Source of the DNA: a virus
Length of the DNA: 64,000 nt
Reading direction: 5' to 3' (one strand)
Virus record (IMG/VR): IMGVR_UViG_3300010413_000004
Coordinates: 1-64,000 of that record
Shown: positions 8,789 to 18,577 of the stretch, piece after piece
Layout of the letters: each line of letters opens with the position of its first letter
How positions within the stretch are numbered: the first letter of the stretch is position 1
The notes under the pieces: generated by a model
Told to the model about the DNA's origin: nothing
Seen by the model: only the letters and a program-made list of their open reading frames with translations
Databases searched by the model: none
Translations under genes and position numbers: made by a program

Positions 8789-9235
8789 TTACGTATCGTT
8801 TGTATCTTTTGACTGAGCTAATCGTTTAAGAATTTCGTTTCTATCTGCAATTACAACTTGACTATCTCTGATTGTAGTACCACCTGAAATCTTATTTTCT
8901 GAAACTTTAATCTTGTCTTTGTGGGTTTTTAGATTCGCTTTTTCGCGTGCTGCTGAAAGTGCAGCGTTGAGAAATTGGACAGCAACTTCACCATTTCGTG
9001 CCTTGTATTTTCCTTCCACCAACTCTGCTTCTTCCATTTGAGCTTCAAATGCACTCATTGCTGCATCATATATCTCTTGTATTTGACCATCTATTTCTGT
9101 ATCTTTTTCATCATAGAGTTCGACTTCTACCGTTTCAGTAGGAAGTGATTCTGTATACGGAATAAGTGTAGAGCCTGAATCGATGTCCAGTACTTCTTCA
9201 AGTGGATGTTCGATGGTGTTGTTTTTTTCGTCCAT
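8789..9235 (-). CDS. Putative terminase small subunit
   Basis: 148 aa, helical, immediately upstream of terL; position-based call. Confidence 0.55.
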   Translation of the reverse strand: MDEKNNTIEHPLEEVLDIDSGSTLIPYTESLPTETVEVELYDEKDTEIDGQIQEIYDAAMSAFEAQMEEAELVEGKYKARNGEVAVQFLNAALSAAREKANLKTHKDKIKVSENKISGGTTIRDSQVVIADRNEILKRLAQSKDTNDT

Positions 9236-9263
9236 GTTGTATATATGGACGTTGGGAAATGAG

Positions 9264-9980
9264 TTACTTAAAGATGTGTTTTTCTGTTAGGACTCTGAAA
9301 ACCATCCCATGTTGCTTTGCAAACAAAGTGGCACTTTTCCATTTTGCCTGGTTTACTGCGTATGTAATCTGTTCATATAATATGGTTTTTTGACTTTTCT
9401 TTCCTTTCTTTGTAGGTGGTTTAGTTTCGCGTTCTGGTTTAACCTCCCACAATTCTTCGATGATCTTGCCTTCACGGTTTCTCATTTTGACGTAGTAATC
9501 AATGTAATATTTGTGCGGCCTATTATCGGTTGGTTTAATGTACGTCACGACGACTTCTTCGGATGCCCATTCAATTACATTTGGATTATTGTCCAAAAAC
9601 TTGTGCACATTCAACTCCCATGATGACATAAAACGAACGTTGTTTACATCTCCTCTGTATTTGTCAGGATTGCGTAACGTATAATATCCCTGATTGTGAG
9701 TGGAGCGGCTACCTGTACGTTTCCGCTTTGGCTGCTTTTGATTTACTCTGATTACATTCTCAGTGATGCTACCATCATCTTCTTGATACTTAACCAGAAA
9801 ACGTGAGTTTTCATCCGTGTCTGAACTCACTTTTTTCCATGTTATTACCTTTTCGGACGTTTCGAGAAACTTGATAAATTTGTGTTCTTCTAATGAGAAA
9901 AACCGGATAGTTGGTGATTCGCCAACGTATCTCTGTTTATTACGAACTGTATATCGTCTTCCAGTTTTCTGTCTGATCAT
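9264..9980 (-). CDS. gp4: T4 gp4-like head completion nuclease (TnsA-like) with duplicated N-terminus
   Basis: NPDKY.GD...FMSSWE...FLDNNPNVIEWASE...Y.ID..V....EVKP...VNQAKW..A...F.VLTE. Confidence 0.85.
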   Translation of the reverse strand: MIRQKTGRRYTVRNKQRYVGESPTIRFFSLEEHKFIKFLETSEKVITWKKVSSDTDENSRFLVKYQEDDGSITENVIRVNQKQPKRKRTGSRSTHNQGYYTLRNPDKYRGDVNNVRFMSSWELNVHKFLDNNPNVIEWASEEVVVTYIKPTDNRPHKYYIDYYVKMRNREGKIIEELWEVKPERETKPPTKKGKKSQKTILYEQITYAVNQAKWKSATLFAKQHGMVFRVLTEKHIFK

Positions 9981-11359
9981 AGAAATTGTGAGCCAATATA
10001 ATCACTTGCAGAGTTGAAAGCATCACTGATTGTTGATCGTGCTGAATCCAACGTTTCGGTAATTGCAGCAGAAATTGAATTCTGCTGTTGACCAGGTGGT
10101 TGATTTGGATCAGTAACAGCTGCATCAAATTCACCATTGTATCTTAACGGGTACGATGCACCAACGGATGCTCCCGACAGTGCAGTAATATCATAATCAG
10201 TTGTGTCACTCACTTGATATCCTGTTATTACATTGAGACCATCATAAGCAAATTGGAACGATATTTCGTTTCCTCCACCATTATCAGCCATGTCAAGATC
10301 GTCTAATTCCATCGTAAGAATCTTTGGGTTGTAGAACTTGTACACGTTCATCAATTGCCCTTCTCTATACACGTGGAATAGGGTGATTCGTTTGAAAATA
10401 TTTTTTGTGTCAGGACCTGCAGTAGGTCCATAAGAAGCCGAATATTTGTGCGTTGGAACAGCACCAGGAAATGCGACCCCTTGATTGAGACCACTGAAGT
10501 CCATGCTCGTTGATTCAAGAATTCCAGACACGTCTTCCATTTTTTGATCAAACGGTAAATTAGATATAGGGCTCATTGCACGAAGATACGCATTATACAA
10601 AGCCATCGCTTGGTTTTTATTGTCGTCGTAGAACCGCATTGTCATTGGTTCATAAATGGTTCTTTTTGGCACTCTGGTCCAGAAGTTATACATATTGACT
10701 TCTTCATAGTCAAAGTTGACGTTTGGTCGTGTACTATTTTTGACAACGAATGCAGCCTGGATATCTTTGAATTGCTGACTATATGGTTCAGTAAATTCGA
10801 GCTGAACGACGAATAGAAATTTATACTTAGGTGCCCACGATATTAAATCTACTGCGTAAGGAGATGCACCACACGCTTGGAAATCTCGCTGTTCGGGTGG
10901 TTTAGGATCAACGAATGTATTATCTAGCAACGTAGATAAGTTTTGTAAATCTGAAAATGATCCAGGAATATCTGTTAACTGATAGTTACCTTGTTTGACT
11001 TTACTGTATATGCTCTTTGCTTGACCATATGCGCGGTTGGCAACATTGGAATTTAATGACGCTGCCTGTTGCACTGAATTTGGTGGAATACCAACAGTAC
11101 TGAGGACGTAATCGGCACCATTTGCATCGCTCCCTAGAGTAGAAGCTAGAAGACTTCCCGTTCGAATAGAATCAGAAGTTTTTACTAGGACACGGAGACC
11201 TTCAGCCACTTTTCCGTACCCTACATCATTCAAAACTTCAAGGTTGCCAATATTCTCGATAGAGCTAAGAAAATCACTCTTTTGAGATGTGGTCTGTTTT
11301 TGTGTTTGTTGACTTTTTTCGCAATTTGTAACGAGGAAAGTTCGTGGATCAATCGCCAT
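9977..11359 (-). CDS. Baseplate-tail tube initiator-like protein (tube fold in C-terminal half)
   Basis: STRPNVNF..EVNMYN...YEPMTMRFYDD...LDDLD...F.YD parallels the adjacent tube protein. Confidence 0.6.
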   Translation of the reverse strand: MAIDPRTFLVTNCEKSQQTQKQTTSQKSDFLSSIENIGNLEVLNDVGYGKVAEGLRVLVKTSDSIRTGSLLASTLGSDANGADYVLSTVGIPPNSVQQAASLNSNVANRAYGQAKSIYSKVKQGNYQLTDIPGSFSDLQNLSTLLDNTFVDPKPPEQRDFQACGASPYAVDLISWAPKYKFLFVVQLEFTEPYSQQFKDIQAAFVVKNSTRPNVNFDYEEVNMYNFWTRVPKRTIYEPMTMRFYDDNKNQAMALYNAYLRAMSPISNLPFDQKMEDVSGILESTSMDFSGLNQGVAFPGAVPTHKYSASYGPTAGPDTKNIFKRITLFHVYREGQLMNVYKFYNPKILTMELDDLDMADNGGGNEISFQFAYDGLNVITGYQVSDTTDYDITALSGASVGASYPLRYNGEFDAAVTDPNQPPGQQQNSISAAITETLDSARSTISDAFNSASDYIGSQFL

Positions 11360-11402
11360 AATTACTCCTTTTCTTCAGGTATTTATAATCATGTACCCAT
11401 AC

Positions 11403-11429
11403 AAAAAGAGGAAGGCAAAAGCCTTCCTC
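11403..11429 (-). terminator. Rho-independent terminator after tail tube gene
   Basis: gaggaaggc-aaaa-gccttcctc hairpin followed by T5 on the minus strand. Confidence 0.8.
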
Positions 11430-11497
11430 AATTCACTTCCATGTGAGAATGTCAATCCTTGACTGCATTCCCTCGCTTAACACGATTGTATCAACTA

Positions 11498-12085
11498 TTA
11501 AGCAGCGCCAGCACCACCAGTTGCTACACCCTGACCTTGATTGTAACCACCAATGTCCTGTCTTGCATGGTCATATCTAAGAGTCGTTGTAATTTGAACT
11601 GCATCAGAAGAAGCATAATCAAGATCTGTATAGTCAATATTCTGAATCCAGCATCCTTCAATTGTCCACTTCTCAATTACAACATCGTTACCATCTAACA
11701 TTTCAAGATATGTTACGAATTTGTAGAGAGAACCTTCACCAGCAGCGGCCAGCCATTGACCTTCAGCACCAATCAGCCACTGTTGTTTTTGTTGTTGTTC
11801 TTGCAGAACTTGTGAAGCAGAACCAGTGACATCATCTTCAAAAGTAACAGTCATAGGTTCAAATGTATGTTTTCCACCAATCCATGCACGTGAGTTGTAG
11901 CGATCGAGCTGCACTTCATCAAATGACCACGTTGGGCGTGTAGCTGTAACAGCCTGCATGCTTAGTGGTTGAGAATTGGTGCCGCCTCCAAGATTCGCAA
12001 ACGTAACACGCCATCTGTTTTTAAGTTTTGGTTGAAGGATACCTGACCCTACACCTGGAATCCCGAAATCGTTAATTGTACTCAT
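11498..12085 (-). CDS. gp19: Tail tube protein (gp19-like)
   Basis: PKLKNRWRV.F, GKHTFEPMTVTFEDD, W.IEGCW....LDY....I...LRYD; AGGAG RBS. Confidence 0.85.
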   Translation of the reverse strand: MSTINDFGIPGVGSGILQPKLKNRWRVTFANLGGGTNSQPLSMQAVTATRPTWSFDEVQLDRYNSRAWIGGKHTFEPMTVTFEDDVTGSASQVLQEQQQKQQWLIGAEGQWLAAAGEGSLYKFVTYLEMLDGNDVVIEKWTIEGCWIQNIDYTDLDYASSDAVQITTTLRYDHARQDIGGYNQGQGVATGGAGAA

Positions 12086-12157
12086 TGTATAAATACTCCT
12101 GTATACTAGGACTTTAAATTGATTTTATCTGTGTGTATTTATGTGGGGTTTCGAAAA

Positions 12158-13609
12158 ATGTCTGAAAAATTGCGCGATTTGTTAAAATATAGTGAAACAC
12201 TCAAACGAAAGGGGGCGATTAAGCACCACCCATCATATCCGTTATTGGTTGAGGAGACTAACTTTCTCCCACCCACGTGCACTGTATCAAGAAGACTGTG
12301 GCACATCCGCAACGAAAAACCTATTCCCAAGTGTAAGGTTTGTGATAATGATGCGGCATGGGATAATAAGGAAGGTGGATATTATCGACAGTACTGTTCA
12401 AATAAATGTGCTGTGTCAGATCCTGATAGAATGAAGAAAATCCAAAAAACAAATAAACAACGATATGGATCTTCTTCTCCTTTTGGTGCTAGTGAAGTAA
12501 GAAAGAAATCTGCAGAAACTGTTCGCAGAAGATATGGAGTTGATAACGTGTCTCAATATAATGAGATCAACGTTCGTCGAAAACGGAGCATTGTTAATAG
12601 TAAAAATAAAAATATTGACCAACTCGATAAAATAGTTTCCTTGATCAGTGATAATTGCACACAAACTGAAATTGGTAATGAATTGGGAATTTCGCAACCA
12701 AGAGTTAGTGCATTACTTCAACGGCTGGATCTCAAAACACAAAAGAGAACTTGGTCCACTGGTCATCAAGAAATCATTGAATTTCTTAAAGACCAATCTG
12801 TATCTTTTATCGTGAATGATCGAACATGCATATCGCCACACGAACTCGATATCTTTTTACCAGAATATAATTTAGCCATCGAATTTAATGGAATATATTG
12901 GCACAGTGAACTTGCAGGCAAAACTAAGCGATATCATGTTAATAAAACTAACAGTTGTAGAAACAAGGGCATAGATTTAATTCACATATTCAGTAATGAA
13001 TGGGAGCGTAAACGCGATATAGTAAAGTCAAGATTATTGTACAAATTGAAAAAAATCGATAACACAATATATGCTAGAAAGTGCGTCATTCAAGAGATTC
13101 CAGTTAGTATTGCTGATAAGTTTGTTGCCTTGAATCACATCCAAGGCTCTCGTTCAGCTAGCATCAATATTGGTGCATTTTTTGAAAATAAGTTAGTGGC
13201 TGTTATGACATTTTCTAAGCACCCTGGTCAATTTCAGTATGAAATAGTGCGTTCTTGTTCGCTTACAAATGTTAATGTAGTTGGTGTTATCAGCAGAATG
13301 TTCGCGTTCTTCAAACGAAAACATGCACCGATCAGCGTATTAACGTACGCCGACAGTCGATGGGGTAATGGGGCAGGGTACAGTACGATTGGGTTCAATT
13401 TTGATGGATATACACCACCTAATTATTGGTATTTTAAACGCAATGGAGATACTAATAGGTTACATTCGCGGATTATGTTTCAAAAACATAAATTAAGTCG
13501 TGTACTACCTACATTTTCAGTAAATAAAACAGAATGGGAAAATATGGTAGATAATGGATATGATCGAATTTGGGATTGTGGGAGTTCTAGGTGGATATGG
13601 TATCCATAA
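12158..13609 (+). CDS. Free-standing homing-endonuclease-like protein, paralogue of 6385-7896
   Basis: CKVC...YCS..C, RYG repeats, HTH-like TQTEIGNELGISQPRVS, ELDIF....LAIEFNGIYWHS, YARKC, HIQG, YADSRW, RIWDCG; opposite strand to its neighbours. Confidence 0.8.
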   Translation: MSEKLRDLLKYSETLKRKGAIKHHPSYPLLVEETNFLPPTCTVSRRLWHIRNEKPIPKCKVCDNDAAWDNKEGGYYRQYCSNKCAVSDPDRMKKIQKTNKQRYGSSSPFGASEVRKKSAETVRRRYGVDNVSQYNEINVRRKRSIVNSKNKNIDQLDKIVSLISDNCTQTEIGNELGISQPRVSALLQRLDLKTQKRTWSTGHQEIIEFLKDQSVSFIVNDRTCISPHELDIFLPEYNLAIEFNGIYWHSELAGKTKRYHVNKTNSCRNKGIDLIHIFSNEWERKRDIVKSRLLYKLKKIDNTIYARKCVIQEIPVSIADKFVALNHIQGSRSASINIGAFFENKLVAVMTFSKHPGQFQYEIVRSCSLTNVNVVGVISRMFAFFKRKHAPISVLTYADSRWGNGAGYSTIGFNFDGYTPPNYWYFKRNGDTNRLHSRIMFQKHKLSRVLPTFSVNKTEWENMVDNGYDRIWDCGSSRWIWYP

Positions 13610-13613
13610 ACTA

Positions 13614-13988
13614 TTATTGTTCAAACTTTATATTCAGATCAAAATTATCAACCACGTCCAATTCAACGTAAAATAATCGTGCACTTGCATAGATGCTATT
13701 TTCATCATATTTTGGTACCACAACCATATCTACAACCTCAACACGAGGATCGAAATCAAATACTGCTCGCAATTCCTCTTCGATAGTGCTGAGTGTATCA
13801 TCATCTAGTGGTTCAAACACCATTTCTGGAATCATTGTTCCAAATGTTGGCATTCGCACACGGCTTCCGCGTTGTGTAAATATGTGATTTAGCAGATCAA
13901 GTTTGACGATTTCGACGTTCGACAGGCTAAATGTCTTTGATTTTTGAAACTCGAACGATGAGAATCCTTTGTATAGTCTTAGGGTCAC
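13614..13988 (-). CDS. gp25: Baseplate wedge subunit gp25-like
   Basis: DLLNHIFT.RG.R..MP.FG......FEP, DPRV. Confidence 0.88.
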   Translation of the reverse strand: MTLRLYKGFSSFEFQKSKTFSLSNVEIVKLDLLNHIFTQRGSRVRMPTFGTMIPEMVFEPLDDDTLSTIEEELRAVFDFDPRVEVVDMVVVPKYDENSIYASARLFYVELDVVDNFDLNIKFEQ

Positions 13989-14014
13989 AATATTACTCCA
14001 TTATTGTTTATTTA

Positions 14015-15598
14015 TCATCGGTGCCACTTAGGATTTCGTTCCAAATCTTCGCCACGTTCAACTCTGCCAACGTTTATATCATTGTATGAGTATTCAGCAG
14101 CATCTGTGTGAGTGTTGTTCGAATCTTGATCTGTTTTGAGAGGATCTGTCATTGTTCTTGCCCACGGTTCGTGTTCAGGAACACGTGATGTCCAAAATGA
14201 TTCCTTTGAAGTGCCAGCATTACCAGCTGAACCAGCTGAAGATGCTGGTGGACCATTCATGTGGATATTTGGTCCACCAACCATAACAATATCACCACCT
14301 GTTGCCAATACGTCAACAGCACTTGCTGTTAAGTAACCCTTGCCACTAGCCTTGATGTGTGTTTCATTTTGTGCAGTTAGATATAGAATGCTACCTGATT
14401 TGACGTTAAAATCACCTGTTGTTTGAATTGATGCAGTATCTGTTTTAACGTTGAGAGAAGCAGAACTTTCAATGTTAGCATCAACATCACTTTTAATATT
14501 GATACCATCACCACCCTTCGCATGAATTCGCACATCTCCTTCTGATACCATGTGTATTCCATTTGCTGCTGTAACACGGAACGTATCATCAGCTGTAAAG
14601 TTGATATCCTTTTTGGCATGTACAGAAACGTTGCGGTCGCTGTAGATATCAATATTGCCTTTTTCGTCAAGTTCTACCCATGAGCTGCCTTGAGGCGTGC
14701 TGATATACATGCGTTCATTTGTATCATCCATTAGTATCTGGTGTCCATGCGTTGTACGTAATCGTATGCGACAGTTTTCTGGTCTATCGTCCATAGATAT
14801 CGAATGGAAGCCAGGAGAAGTCCAAGCATAATAAGATGAATCGTAGTTTTTGTTATTTGTTGCTGCAAATACTAATGTTGGATCGATTCTACTTTCAGCA
14901 TATCCTTGTGTTATGGGTCGACTTGTTCCATCTGCATCTGTTACTTCAACATCCCTGTCATCAGATAGTTGTGAAATTTCTGAGTCGATAGAGTTGACAA
15001 TTTCGTCTGTTATGCCAGCAATTGAGTAGTCTGCGCCTCTAGTTTGAAATTCAAAACTTCGGCGGGCCTCTCCTACAGAGCCAGGGACAAGACTAGCATC
15101 ACTCGAGGAAAAGGCTATTGTAAGTTGATCATGCAATGGATAAATTGGATCTTCTGTAGACGATATTGGTCCAGATGGTAGTTGGCCATTTTTATATGTG
15201 TAGCGACCGTGTGGCATGGTATGATTCATAAACTGTCCATGTAAGCATCCCATCCATATTCTAAATCTGGTATCACCATCAATACATGCAATTAGCACCG
15301 TAGAACCTACTTTTGGAATATTCCACATACCGTAAGCAACTGGTCCTACTGTCTCATATTCACCACGTCCTCGTGTTCCCGAATCCACAATTCCACCAAA
15401 GGGAGAAACATAAGTTGCCCACGGCAGATCCTTGATTGGCGTAAAATCCGTATCGCCCAATGCTGGACATACCACTCGTAGACGGCCCATTTGTTGAGGA
15501 TCGTTTGTGTCTATTACTTCTCCAACGGTGAGTTTTGTAAATTGTGTAGTTGCATTACCAACCCGCATTGCCTCTTCTAAGTATCCATATCTACTCAT
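14015..15598 (-). CDS. gp5: Baseplate hub/central spike protein (gp5/VgrG-like)
   Basis: OB-fold G.V....DPQQMGRLRV..P, LPWA, P.VGS.V; GHQILMDD beta-helix repeats; no lysozyme domain seen. Confidence 0.82.
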   Translation of the reverse strand: MSRYGYLEEAMRVGNATTQFTKLTVGEVIDTNDPQQMGRLRVVCPALGDTDFTPIKDLPWATYVSPFGGIVDSGTRGRGEYETVGPVAYGMWNIPKVGSTVLIACIDGDTRFRIWMGCLHGQFMNHTMPHGRYTYKNGQLPSGPISSTEDPIYPLHDQLTIAFSSSDASLVPGSVGEARRSFEFQTRGADYSIAGITDEIVNSIDSEISQLSDDRDVEVTDADGTSRPITQGYAESRIDPTLVFAATNNKNYDSSYYAWTSPGFHSISMDDRPENCRIRLRTTHGHQILMDDTNERMYISTPQGSSWVELDEKGNIDIYSDRNVSVHAKKDINFTADDTFRVTAANGIHMVSEGDVRIHAKGGDGINIKSDVDANIESSASLNVKTDTASIQTTGDFNVKSGSILYLTAQNETHIKASGKGYLTASAVDVLATGGDIVMVGGPNIHMNGPPASSAGSAGNAGTSKESFWTSRVPEHEPWARTMTDPLKTDQDSNNTHTDAAEYSYNDINVGRVERGEDLERNPKWHR

Positions 15599-17547
15599 GA
15601 TGTCTTATTTCTGCCTGTTCTGTTTGACTGCTTCTTTTCTTTCATTTGAGCAGCCGTAAGGTCTGCAGCATCTTCACCACCCAATGCGGCAGCTTTTGCC
15701 TCTTGTACTTTTTGTTGTCCTACTTTTAAATATTGAACTGCTTCTTCTTTGGTGTTTGTCGTTTTATCGGTGATTTTGACAGAGGTTGGTACATTCTTTT
15801 CATCCTCTGATTGTGTTAAGTTTAATGAATCGTCTGCTACAGGCAAACTGAACATTTGCAATTCTTGCGTGAATATGCCATCACTAAAATTGTGGTTTAC
15901 AGCATATAAAGAGTAATATCCCTCGTACCAGAAGGGCGTATATCCAGCAGACGGGTCGTTAGGATCTGCTGGCATTTTGATGTTAATCTTTGCAAGAGTT
16001 GGTGTCTTGGTCCATGTTGGATTAGTGGTAACTCCAGCTTTTGGTTTTTCTGTTTTTCCTTTTGCTACTTCTGGAGGAAGAATCTGCATTTCATCGAGAA
16101 GTTGAGGGTTGCCGTGTATCGTTACTTTATTCTCAATATTTTCGATTGCCGCTTGTCTGTTTAACATGGCTTGGAATCCGAGTGTGTCAACTGGATTCCG
16201 TGTGTTTCGTTTCAAGTTATCAGCTACAGCTGATCCTAAAAATAAAGGAGTTCGACCTCGAGGTTTGTTGGTGGGGGATAGTTTAGATGCTCCTCCTCCA
16301 GAACCTCGAGCTACATCTTGAGTCATTCCATTAACACTGTCCCGTTGCGATGGTATATTCTGGGCCGTCAGTAGCGTTTGGAAGAATGACATTCCCATCT
16401 CCATGCGAATATCTAAGTCGATAATATCAATATTCTTACCAGTGAAGATGTAATCAAATTCAATCAACTCCCCCGATTTTGGTATGACAGATGACGCATC
16501 TTCATTAACTGACATCGTCACAAGTTCATATCTCTGAATTTGATATTCGACAGTATACGTGTCAGCTGTAGAGTTTATGGTAGATACTATTTTGTATGTT
16601 ATATTTGGTTTACCAGCTACAACCTCTGCACTAGATTCCATGATTTGTGCAATAACATCATCTATGCTTAGGTTATCATTAAAGTGCAGTATTGGATCTC
16701 CACTTACATTAGCTATTCGAATATTTTCGTTCGTTCCAGCTTTAAAATTCTTAAATCCATCATCCAATGAAATCTTGTACTCGACTAACCGAAAATCTTT
16801 TTCGAGATCAATTGATATTCCCGCATCTTTGAATTTTTTCTTTGTTGCTTCTTTGAATGAATTGTATGTATCACTAATCGTTGTTGCAAGTTTTTCGAAA
16901 GCTTGAGCTAATGTTGATCCTTGTTCTATTTTAATTGAACGCCCACCAGCTATTCTAGATACAGGAGCAATTTTAGCTGCACCATTTGTGATTCCTACCA
17001 ATGATAATAAGTATTTTGCACCCGTTTCATTGAATACAGCAGAAATATCAATGGGAGTGAATAATAGTGGTCTAATACCTGTTATCATTTCTTGTTCACC
17101 CGATGCTGTATAACCAACGAATATGGTTTTGAGCATAAACACCAGTCCCATAGGATCAGAGCCAAGTGAATCGCACACGTGGGACAGTACATTTAGAAAA
17201 CGTACCCCCTTAGGCTCAAATACCTCAATTTCCCCATCCAATTGCATTGCTGCTGCTTGTGACTGACCGTCATTAGTTTGAGAATCAGGAGCAATAATAG
17301 TTTCCCACTTTGCCGATTGTATCACAAAATTAGCATCTGTCATGCCATTTATTAAAACGACGTAATATCCACTTCCACGATTGACTGGTCGTGGATTGTA
17401 TTTTGATGCAGCGCGTGGATGTTCAAATTGAACAATCTCGGTGCTATTAGAAAGTTCATTTGCAGTTTCAGTACTATCGCACGCAATTAAAACGTGGTGA
17501 TAGGAGTATGATCTGTATTTCGATAAGATATTCTGTGGAAAGGACAT
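15595..17547 (-). CDS. Putative baseplate hub protein (gp27-like position)
   Basis: Between gp53 and gp5; C-terminal I.GNP and G.Y....V.H.FS.G.FTQ.L hub-like signature. Confidence 0.55.
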   Translation of the reverse strand: MSFPQNILSKYRSYSYHHVLIACDSTETANELSNSTEIVQFEHPRAASKYNPRPVNRGSGYYVVLINGMTDANFVIQSAKWETIIAPDSQTNDGQSQAAAMQLDGEIEVFEPKGVRFLNVLSHVCDSLGSDPMGLVFMLKTIFVGYTASGEQEMITGIRPLLFTPIDISAVFNETGAKYLLSLVGITNGAAKIAPVSRIAGGRSIKIEQGSTLAQAFEKLATTISDTYNSFKEATKKKFKDAGISIDLEKDFRLVEYKISLDDGFKNFKAGTNENIRIANVSGDPILHFNDNLSIDDVIAQIMESSAEVVAGKPNITYKIVSTINSTADTYTVEYQIQRYELVTMSVNEDASSVIPKSGELIEFDYIFTGKNIDIIDLDIRMEMGMSFFQTLLTAQNIPSQRDSVNGMTQDVARGSGGGASKLSPTNKPRGRTPLFLGSAVADNLKRNTRNPVDTLGFQAMLNRQAAIENIENKVTIHGNPQLLDEMQILPPEVAKGKTEKPKAGVTTNPTWTKTPTLAKINIKMPADPNDPSAGYTPFWYEGYYSLYAVNHNFSDGIFTQELQMFSLPVADDSLNLTQSEDEKNVPTSVKITDKTTNTKEEAVQYLKVGQQKVQEAKAAALGGEDAADLTAAQMKEKKQSNRTGRNKTS

Positions 17548-17558
17548 AGAAGTATGTA

Positions 17559-17909
17559 TTATGATGTAATTTCATTGCCACCAATAGGTTTGGTTAAAAC
17601 ATCGAGTAATAGACGGCGTTGTGATGGCATGATTATTTTCGTTCCAGTAGTCAGTTCAATAACTGGATCAACAATGTTATTAAACTCTAAAACCAACCAT
17701 CCAAGATTGGCTTTTTGATAGAGTCTATAAGCAATTAGATCTGGACGACCAGCTTCATTGGATAGTACAGTCACCGTAACATCATCATTCGCTTTTGGAA
17801 TGACTCGTCGTTCCCACCACCCAAGACGAGTTGAGTATATATCAGTAGTACCACCTTGAACGTAACGAGAGTTGCGGAGTTCTGTTGAGTTTGTATAATT
17901 CTCTGCCAT
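17559..17909 (-). CDS. gp53: Baseplate wedge gp53-like (LysM-like) protein
   Basis: GRPDLIAYRLY....L.W.VL..NNI.DP...L..G..I..P. Confidence 0.8.
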   Translation of the reverse strand: MAENYTNSTELRNSRYVQGGTTDIYSTRLGWWERRVIPKANDDVTVTVLSNEAGRPDLIAYRLYQKANLGWLVLEFNNIVDPVIELTTGTKIIMPSQRRLLLDVLTKPIGGNEITS

Positions 17910-18577
17910 TAGAAGTGTCCTAAGTTACCACGCTTGAATGAATCAAGTGAGAAGTTTTCATACTCAAGAGGAGAGTGTGTTTCCATTAGAGTGATATCTA
18001 TTATCATAACAGTAGGCATTGGTGTGCCTGATGTTGTTGGGATATAATCAACATCGCTCGGATATGGAATACTTAGTTGTTGGATTACAGTTGGGACTTT
18101 ATTAATATGTTGCATTTGTCCTAATCCTGAGTTTCTCGAATATGCACTTAAGTACAAAATGGTAGGTGGTGCACCTACCAATTCAATTCCATACTCACTC
18201 TGATTATATACGTTTGGATCGAATCCTGGATTTTGAGCTCGGACTGAGCGAAGAGCATGATTTTTATCACTTAGCGTTGAACGACCAAATCTTGGTGTGC
18301 ACCAGCTACGGAGGAGCCACAAACGACGCAAGTTTTTGTCAGCCTCTACTTGTGTCCGCGATACCAGTCTGATATTTGAGATGTTAAAAGATCGAGATGA
18401 AGTGTTTTTGAAAGCGGTGATTTGGCCTGGCATATGAATAGGTTCTAGATTAGAATAATTCACATTTCGTGTTTCGATGAGGTCCGGCGTAACATCGAAT
18501 GTGACCATATCACGTGCATAACTTTGTAGCTTTATCTTGTATTGGTTTTCGTTTGTTTTTGTATCTTGTGTTGCCAT
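17909..18577 (-). CDS. Putative baseplate/tube-associated protein
   Basis: F..TP...E.R..NY, PP..L.LS.Y, VP.VI; upstream of gp53 as in contractile-tail operons. Confidence 0.5.
   Translation of the reverse strand: MATQDTKTNENQYKIKLQSYARDMVTFDVTPDLIETRNVNYSNLEPIHMPGQITAFKNTSSRSFNISNIRLVSRTQVEADKNLRRLWLLRSWCTPRFGRSTLSDKNHALRSVRAQNPGFDPNVYNQSEYGIELVGAPPTILYLSAYSRNSGLGQMQHINKVPTVIQQLSIPYPSDVDYIPTTSGTPMPTVMIIDITLMETHSPLEYENFSLDSFKRGNLGHF

Noticed and set aside
14015-15598. Lysozyme domain in gp5
   Set aside because: No T4-lysozyme-type catalytic motif visible between the OB-fold and the beta-helix
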